Below, one piece after another: positions 58,623 to 64,000 of a DNA stretch of 64,000 nt; position 1 is the stretch's first letter; each line of letters begins with the position of its first letter. Source of the DNA: an uncultured delta proteobacterium (GTDB lineage Bacteria; Desulfobacterota; Binatia; UBA9968); the NCBI GenBank assembly GCA_963727625.1, contig CAVSHR010000002.1, positions 320,001 to 384,000 of the forward strand. Reading direction: 5' to 3'. The position numbers and the translations under genes are program-made. Under the pieces are notes generated by a model, which searched no databases, was not told where the DNA came from, and saw only the letters and a program-made list of their open reading frames with translations.

Positions 58623-60113
58623 ATGACCGCACTGGAGGCTAGGAAATTAGCCGAAGATGAAATGAAAGCCGGGAAAACCCCGAAGTACGCCGACCTGCGT
58701 GAATGGTTGGAGATTGTCGACAGCTTCGGCGAGCTGAAAAAGATCGATGGCGCCGATTGGAACCTCGAAATGGGCACTCTGGCCGAGCTTTTGTCCCGCG
58801 AGACCAAAAGCGGCTCTGTGCCCGCGGTTCTATTCGACAACGTACCGGGTTATCCAAAAGGTTTCCGCACACTGTTCGCACAAAACGCTTCGTTCAAACG
58901 CATGGCTTTGAATTTGGGCCTGGACATGAACCTTTCCAGTCTCGATTTGGTTCGTGCTTTCCGACAAAAACTAGTGAGCCATGAGCCGATTAAGCATAAG
59001 GTCGTCACTAAAGGCCCCATTCTTGAAAATGTCGATTCCGGCGACAAGGTCGACCTGCTTAAGTTTCCCGTTCCTTTCATGCACGAATTGGATGGCGGGC
59101 GTTTCATTGGCACCGCATGCTTGGTTACCACTCGCGATCCGGATGAAGGCTGGGTAAATTTCGGCGCCTATCGGGGCATGGTGCACGACAACAAAACCAT
59201 GGGTCTTTATATCTCGCCCGGCAAGCATGGCAGCATTCAGCGCAACAAGTACTTTGAACGAGGCAAGCCTTGCCCGGTGATCGTCTCCGTCGGCCAAGAT
59301 CCAGTCCTGTTCATGGTGTCCGGCAACGAGATCGACTACGGCGTGTCTGAATTCGATTATGCCGGTGGTCTCAAGGGCGCGCCCATCGAAGTCATTGAAG
59401 GCAAATCCACCGGCCTGCCGTTCGCGGCCCAAGCGGAAATCGTCATCGAAGGTTGGATGGACCCGACCGATAGAAAGACCGAAGGTCCGTTCGGCGAGTG
59501 GACCGGTTATTATGCCAGCTCGAGCCGTCCGGAACCGGTGATTCGCGTCGAAAACGTCTACTACAGAAACAATCCAATTCTCTGCTGCGCCCGTCCGGGC
59601 CGTCCGCCGTCGGATTATTCCATCGCTAAATGCATGGTGAAGGCGGCGTTGATTTGGGAGCAAGTTGAAAAAGCCGGTGTTCCCGATGTGCGGGGCGTGT
59701 GGTGTCACGAGGCTGGCGGTGGGCGCCTGTTCAACATCATTTCAATCAAACAGCGCTATCCGGGCCATGCACGTCAGGCTATGTTGGTCGCTTCCCAAGT
59801 TCATGCGGGCGCGTACCTTGGCCGCTATGTGATCGTCGTCGATGAGGACATCGATCCGACCAACACTTTCGACGTGATCTGGGCATTGGCCAGCCGTTCC
59901 GATCCTGTGGAGTCGATTGAAATTCTGCGCCGCTGCTGGAGCGGTCCGCTCGATCCGCGCATCCAACCGGGCAAAAAGGGCTTCAACTCCCGCGCGGTGA
60001 TCGACGCTTGCCGTCCGTTCGAGTGGATGAAAGATTTCCCGCCGGTGGCCGAGTCTTCGCCTGAGCTGAAGGAGAAGATCTACAACAAGTGGAAGAAGGT
60101 GATTGGAGGGTAG
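58623..60113 (+). CDS. UbiD-family prFMN-dependent (de)carboxylase
   Basis: DGGRF, NFGAYR, AEIVIEG, EGPFGEWTGYY, VVDEDID, VIDAC. Confidence 0.93.
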   Translation: MTALEARKLAEDEMKAGKTPKYADLREWLEIVDSFGELKKIDGADWNLEMGTLAELLSRETKSGSVPAVLFDNVPGYPKGFRTLFAQNASFKRMALNLGLDMNLSSLDLVRAFRQKLVSHEPIKHKVVTKGPILENVDSGDKVDLLKFPVPFMHELDGGRFIGTACLVTTRDPDEGWVNFGAYRGMVHDNKTMGLYISPGKHGSIQRNKYFERGKPCPVIVSVGQDPVLFMVSGNEIDYGVSEFDYAGGLKGAPIEVIEGKSTGLPFAAQAEIVIEGWMDPTDRKTEGPFGEWTGYYASSSRPEPVIRVENVYYRNNPILCCARPGRPPSDYSIAKCMVKAALIWEQVEKAGVPDVRGVWCHEAGGGRLFNIISIKQRYPGHARQAMLVASQVHAGAYLGRYVIVVDEDIDPTNTFDVIWALASRSDPVESIEILRRCWSGPLDPRIQPGKKGFNSRAVIDACRPFEWMKDFPPVAESSPELKEKIYNKWKKVIGG

Positions 60114-60136
60114 TTGAGATTTCGATTGCCGTATTA

Positions 60137-60179
60137 AACTAAAAAGGGCGACCGCTCATCACGGTCGTCCTTTTTAGTT
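60137..60179. terminator. Bidirectional intrinsic terminator
   Basis: AACTAAAAAGGGCGACCG-ctcatca-CGGTCGTCCTTTTTAGTT between convergent genes. Confidence 0.85.
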
Positions 60180-60215
60180 GTTTTCGGCAGCGAGGCTTTT
60201 AATAAGACACAGTCT

Positions 60216-62135
60216 TTACCACTTGCCGGCCACGGGAAGATCACCTGGCTGCCCAAAGCCTGTGATGTATTTATCAACATCGGCGCCATCCCATTGGCCG
60301 TTGCCGTTGAAGTCCAAGAACCATTCTCCGGTGGCAGCTCTTAGCACGCCGATCTTCGCCGTGCCGTTGCCGTTCCAGTCCCCCACGATCGGCAGATCAC
60401 CGGGTGAGCCGAACGGACCATAGCACCGGTCGATCGTACAACTATCGGCCTTTCCGTTGCCGTTGGCGTCCAGCATCCACATACCGGTCTGCGGGGTGAA
60501 TACACCGATCTGCGCAATCCCCGCGCCATTCCAGTCGCCCACAACGGGAACATCGCCCGCTTGGCCAAAGGGGCCCAAACAACGATCCCGGTGGCAACCA
60601 TCCCATTTGTCGTTACCATTACGATCGAAGTACCAGTAACCCGCTGTTGTCGTGGTGGTCGTCCTATGTTTTCTCTTCCCCGTGGTCTTGGTGGAGGCGA
60701 CCAGTGTGTAAACCCCGGGAGAAGTTTTCGGCGCGCCGTCCCAACTGCCGACTAACGGGGTTTCACGGTTACTCATGTTGTTATTCAAAGCAAAGTTAAA
60801 GCAAGTCTCTTGCGAGCATCCTTGCCCAGTCAAATCTCCGTTGGTGTCGAGCTCCCAACTCTTCTGCGTCGTGTCATAGAGGCCGGGGCTGAGTTGACCC
60901 GTACCATTCCAATCCCCAACGAGGGGCAGGTCAGTGTCGGCGCCGAATGGTCCGCCGCAAACATCGGTTGTGCACCCCTGCCACAGACCGGTGGGGTTCG
61001 TGATCAGATACCAAGCTCCCGTAGCCGGGCGATAGATGCCAACGTTGGCGACGAGTTTTTTGGTGAAACTCGCCGAGCACGACTTGTTGCCGTTAAGCGT
61101 CACCGAACCGTCGAGACAATCCGCATCGCCGCTCCAACCCGAAAAATCGGTATCAGTGGCGGGTGTTGCTGTAAGAGCGACGACCGTTCCTTCGGTGAAC
61201 TCGGCCACGCACTTCGTACCGCAATCGATTCCTGAAGCATGGCTTGTGATCTGGCCGGTGCCGGTTCCCGTGCGCACGACAGTCAAAGAATAAGTGATTA
61301 GTTTGAATGACGCCGTGCAGGTTTTATTGGCACTCATCGTCACCGACCCATCCACGCAATCGCTATCCCCAGACCAGCCGACGAAGGTGGATCCGGAAGC
61401 CGGTGTCGCCTGCAGAGTAACCGCAACTCCGGTCTGAAATGTCACCGAGCACGCGCTACCACAGTCGATCCCCGCTGGCGAGCTGACGATTTTACCGTTG
61501 CCGCTGCCGGCGCTGGTGACGACGCTCACTGAATTTGTCGTTAACAAGTAGCCGGTAGAATTGGCAGTGAAAGTTGCGGCGCACGACTTGTTGGCGTTCA
61601 TCGTGAGCGAACCGTCCAGGCAGTCGCTGTCACCGCTCCAGCCCGCAAATGAATAATCCCTTGCCGGCACCGCCTGTAAGCTGACCGTCGTGCCGCTCGA
61701 GAAATTCGCCACGCATTCCGTGCCGCAACTTATTCCCGACGGGCTGCTGCTCACCGTGCCGCCGACCTGCGATACGAGAGTCACGCTGTAGGTCGTCACC
61801 GGAGGCGGCGGAGTGGTGGCGCAGACCTCGGAGGTGTAAGCCGAGGCACCGGTGTCGTTAAAGGCATCTACGCGATAGCAATACGTGGTGCTATCGGCAA
61901 GGCCGGCGTCACTGTACGAGATCGAATTAACCGGGGCACTGGCAATCGCGATAAAAGCCCCGTTGACACCGATCTTACGCTCAATGTTGAATCCGGTTTC
62001 GTCATTTGAATTATCCGCCCACGATAATTGCGTCACAGCGGCATTTGCTTGGTCCTCGGGAATCGCCAGCGCGACCAGCGATGACAGCATGATGAGCGAA
62101 AAAACGAGAAGAGCTTTAGAAAAATTGTAACGCAC
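60216..62135 (-). CDS. Secreted repeat protein: FN3, three InlB-B/Flg_new-like repeats and C-terminal GDWNG beta-propeller-like repeats
   Basis: Signal peptide, LSWADNSNDETGFNIER..YCYRV (FN3), 3x S.P.GI.CG..C...F.GWSGD.DC..G.....K.C.A.F, repeated P.VGDWNG.G. GTG 62135 follows GGGAGG. Confidence 0.88.
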   Translation of the reverse strand: MRYNFSKALLVFSLIMLSSLVALAIPEDQANAAVTQLSWADNSNDETGFNIERKIGVNGAFIAIASAPVNSISYSDAGLADSTTYCYRVDAFNDTGASAYTSEVCATTPPPPVTTYSVTLVSQVGGTVSSSPSGISCGTECVANFSSGTTVSLQAVPARDYSFAGWSGDSDCLDGSLTMNANKSCAATFTANSTGYLLTTNSVSVVTSAGSGNGKIVSSPAGIDCGSACSVTFQTGVAVTLQATPASGSTFVGWSGDSDCVDGSVTMSANKTCTASFKLITYSLTVVRTGTGTGQITSHASGIDCGTKCVAEFTEGTVVALTATPATDTDFSGWSGDADCLDGSVTLNGNKSCSASFTKKLVANVGIYRPATGAWYLITNPTGLWQGCTTDVCGGPFGADTDLPLVGDWNGTGQLSPGLYDTTQKSWELDTNGDLTGQGCSQETCFNFALNNNMSNRETPLVGSWDGAPKTSPGVYTLVASTKTTGKRKHRTTTTTTAGYWYFDRNGNDKWDGCHRDRCLGPFGQAGDVPVVGDWNGAGIAQIGVFTPQTGMWMLDANGNGKADSCTIDRCYGPFGSPGDLPIVGDWNGNGTAKIGVLRAATGEWFLDFNGNGQWDGADVDKYITGFGQPGDLPVAGKW

Positions 62136-62200
62136 GGTGTCCTCCCAGCTGGGTCTGCGCAATCCGAAATTGCACGAGCTGAGTGGAGCACTGTGCGTCC

Positions 62201-62296
62201 TTTCGGCGGCTCTGCTACCATGTCCTGTCCTTGGGCGACAGGAGTTAGGTCAGAAGCTTTGCGTCCCAACCTTTCGGTTGGTTTGCCTTTATCGTA
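62201..62296 (-). ncRNA. Cyclic di-GMP-I (GEMM-I) riboswitch
   Basis: Minus strand CGATAAAGGCAAACCAACCGAAAGGTTGGGACGCAAAGCTTCTGACCTAA...ATGGTAGCAGAGCCGCCGAA has GGCAAAC, a GAAA tetraloop, GACGCAAAGC and the CTAA/ATGG receptor. Confidence 0.93.
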
Positions 62297-62348
62297 GACC
62301 TATTAAAAAACCTTTTATAAACTCATAAACTTACCTAAGTATTATTAA

Positions 62349-62364
62349 CGCAGGATGCGTGCCA
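62349..62364 (-). promoter_or_regulatory. Sigma54 promoter candidate upstream of the riboswitch
   Basis: TGGCACGCATCCTGCG: consensus TGGCACG with GG-N10-GC spacing. Confidence 0.65.
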
Positions 62365-62597
62365 CGCGATTGAGCAGAAGAATCATCAATAGATTCACGT
62401 CGAAAGCCCATTTTCCAAGATTAAGCGACTGAATTGCCTAGGCTCGATTACACTCAATGCGCACCGACCCATTATATCCGCCGCTGCAAAAGGAGTTTTG
62501 CCGCGACCGGTACGCGGTTTTACTGGGTTCCATTCCCTCGAATATCGTCGCGGTGGGTGTTCGGCTGACACTCGGAAATTGCTCCGATTGATTAGCC

Positions 62598-62748
62598 CGC
62601 GCACCTTGGCCGCTATGTGATCGTCGTCGATGAGGACATCGATCCGACCAACACTTTCGACGTGATCCGGGTATTGGCCAGCCGTTCCGATCCTGTGGAG
62701 TCGATTGAAATTCTGCGCCGCTGCTGGAGCCCCGCTTGATCCGCGCAT
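62598..62748 (+). repeat. Near-identical direct copy of ubiD segment 59810-59962
   Basis: Aligns over ~150 nt with a few substitutions and a 2-nt deletion. Confidence 0.95.
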
Positions 62749-62777
62749 TGACAGGACCTCGATTCCGGAATTATAAG
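62748..62777 (+). promoter_or_regulatory. Sigma70 promoter candidate for the VOC-cupin genes
   Basis: TTGACA-N18-TATAAG, followed by GGAGGTG SD. Confidence 0.5.
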
Positions 62778-62804
62778 CAAGATAGCAATCGCGGGAGGTG
62801 AAGC

Positions 62805-63575
62805 ATGGGAAAACTACGGCATATCGCTTTTATCTCGAAGCAACCGAAAGTGCTCAGCGATTTTTATCAGAAGCATTTCGGTTTCGAGGAATGCAAGGTG
62901 TTTCCAAGCGGGTCGCGCATGGTGATCGATCCGGCCTTTAATCTGGCGTTCCTGCAGAGCCGGGGCGACGAAGCAGGGGCAGTAGTCGGAACCCACCGCG
63001 CGGATGGTGCGGAACTAGAGCGGCAACCGGGGATTCATCACTACGGGTTTAAGGTCGACGACTTGAACGAATCGGTCGGCAGGCTCCCACCGTCGCTCAG
63101 CCGTGGCAAGAGCCCGCAGGTCTCGGCAGGTGTGGGCGGTCCCGAAGGCGCGCGGCCGGCGGAAATGCGCTTTATCGATCCATGGGGCAATAATGTCGAC
63201 ATCTCGTCGCGGGGCTTTCTCGGGCGCGAAGAGAAGAAATTGCCGGCGGTGACTTTGTTGGCAGTCAATGTCTCTAATCCAGGAGAAGCGGCTGATTTCT
63301 ATAAGCATCAATTCGATATGAATGTCGTTAACCAAGATAATCAGGGTGATGTGCGCTTGAGCGACGGCAAGGTCGCTTTACTACTAACCAAATCGCAGGT
63401 ACGGCCCAAAACCGGCGTGCAATACTTCGGCATTCAAGTAAATGGTCTTGCGGGGTTGAAGAAACGGTTGCAGGATGATGGCGTGGCGGTTTCCGACGAC
63501 GGACAGGGGCAAATTCAATTTACCGATCCAGAAGGCAATCGCGTGCTAGTCTCGGAAAGCGGTTGGGCGAACTAA
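62805..63575 (+). CDS. VOC/glyoxalase-superfamily protein (two domains)
   Basis: LRHIAF..DFY..FGF, GIHHYGF.V, F.DPWGN and FTDPEGN. Confidence 0.88.
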   Translation: MGKLRHIAFISKQPKVLSDFYQKHFGFEECKVFPSGSRMVIDPAFNLAFLQSRGDEAGAVVGTHRADGAELERQPGIHHYGFKVDDLNESVGRLPPSLSRGKSPQVSAGVGGPEGARPAEMRFIDPWGNNVDISSRGFLGREEKKLPAVTLLAVNVSNPGEAADFYKHQFDMNVVNQDNQGDVRLSDGKVALLLTKSQVRPKTGVQYFGIQVNGLAGLKKRLQDDGVAVSDDGQGQIQFTDPEGNRVLVSESGWAN

Positions 63576-63609
63576 GACTTCCAAGCGAAGAAAGGTTTGG
63601 CGATACAGA

Positions 63610-63984
63610 ATGCGTGTGCTCAAAATTGGCGAGCTCCAGGACAAGCCGATGGATACCGCAACGCCGATCTCCGGATGGACCGGCGGGCCGGTGAGCCGTA
63701 CACGGCAAGCGGTCATTGGCGACGGTCAGTCGGAAAACTTTCGTTGCAACGTCGTCAACTTCCGGGTCGGTGCGACGACCGGCTGGCATGTGCATGATTG
63801 CGACCAGATCCTCGTCGTCACAGCGGGGAAGGGAAAAGTTGCCACGGAAGCTGAAGAACGGGACATTACGGTGGGAGATATCGTCCATATCAAAGCGGGC
63901 GAAAAGCACTGGCACGGTGCTTCGGCCGAGTCGCCCATGTCGCATGTCACGGTGACCACGGTCGGCAGCAAATCAACCCATTAA
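63610..63984 (+). CDS. Cupin-domain protein
   Basis: WHVHDCDQIL and GDIVHIKAGEKHWHGA. Confidence 0.9.
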   Translation: MRVLKIGELQDKPMDTATPISGWTGGPVSRTRQAVIGDGQSENFRCNVVNFRVGATTGWHVHDCDQILVVTAGKGKVATEAEERDITVGDIVHIKAGEKHWHGASAESPMSHVTVTTVGSKSTH

Positions 63985-64000
63985 AATGCGCGGTCAGGCA

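Overview
A GC-rich bacterial chromosome segment. Gene content suggests a Deltaproteobacteria-like lineage such as Candidatus Binatia; this is an inference, not a database result. 0.4-23.6 kb is mostly housekeeping: coaBC, UDG, nfeD-SPFH, queA-tgt-yajC-secDF-recJ, and gltX-tRNA-Gln-tRNA-Glu divergent from glnS. It also holds two tandem Kup/KimA-like APC-USP transporters and a PAS-HisKA-REC protein. 23.7-35.9 kb is the most unusual part. A fatty-acid desaturase and a FadL channel are divergent from one tightly coupled operon encoding a BldC/Xis-like HTH protein, an ICMT-family methyltransferase, a ketosynthase, a multi-TM GAF histidine kinase, a degenerate REC-AAA-HisKA fusion and a sigma54 activator. 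A hybrid kinase and a CxxC protein follow. This is a candidate lipid-signal (quorum-sensing-like) system. 36-60 kb encodes nucleobase/N-heterocycle metabolism and ABC transport: PyrR-like, carbamoylase, PyrE, Dpp-type ABC with a frameshifted permease, deaminase, amidase with a small partner, XDH-family Mo enzyme, cyclic amidohydrolase, GntR and UbiD. 60-62.7 kb is a secreted repeat protein behind a sigma54 promoter and a c-di-GMP-I riboswitch, bracketed by a ~150-bp duplicate of ubiD sequence. No CRISPR array, rRNA, integrase or transposase was seen.
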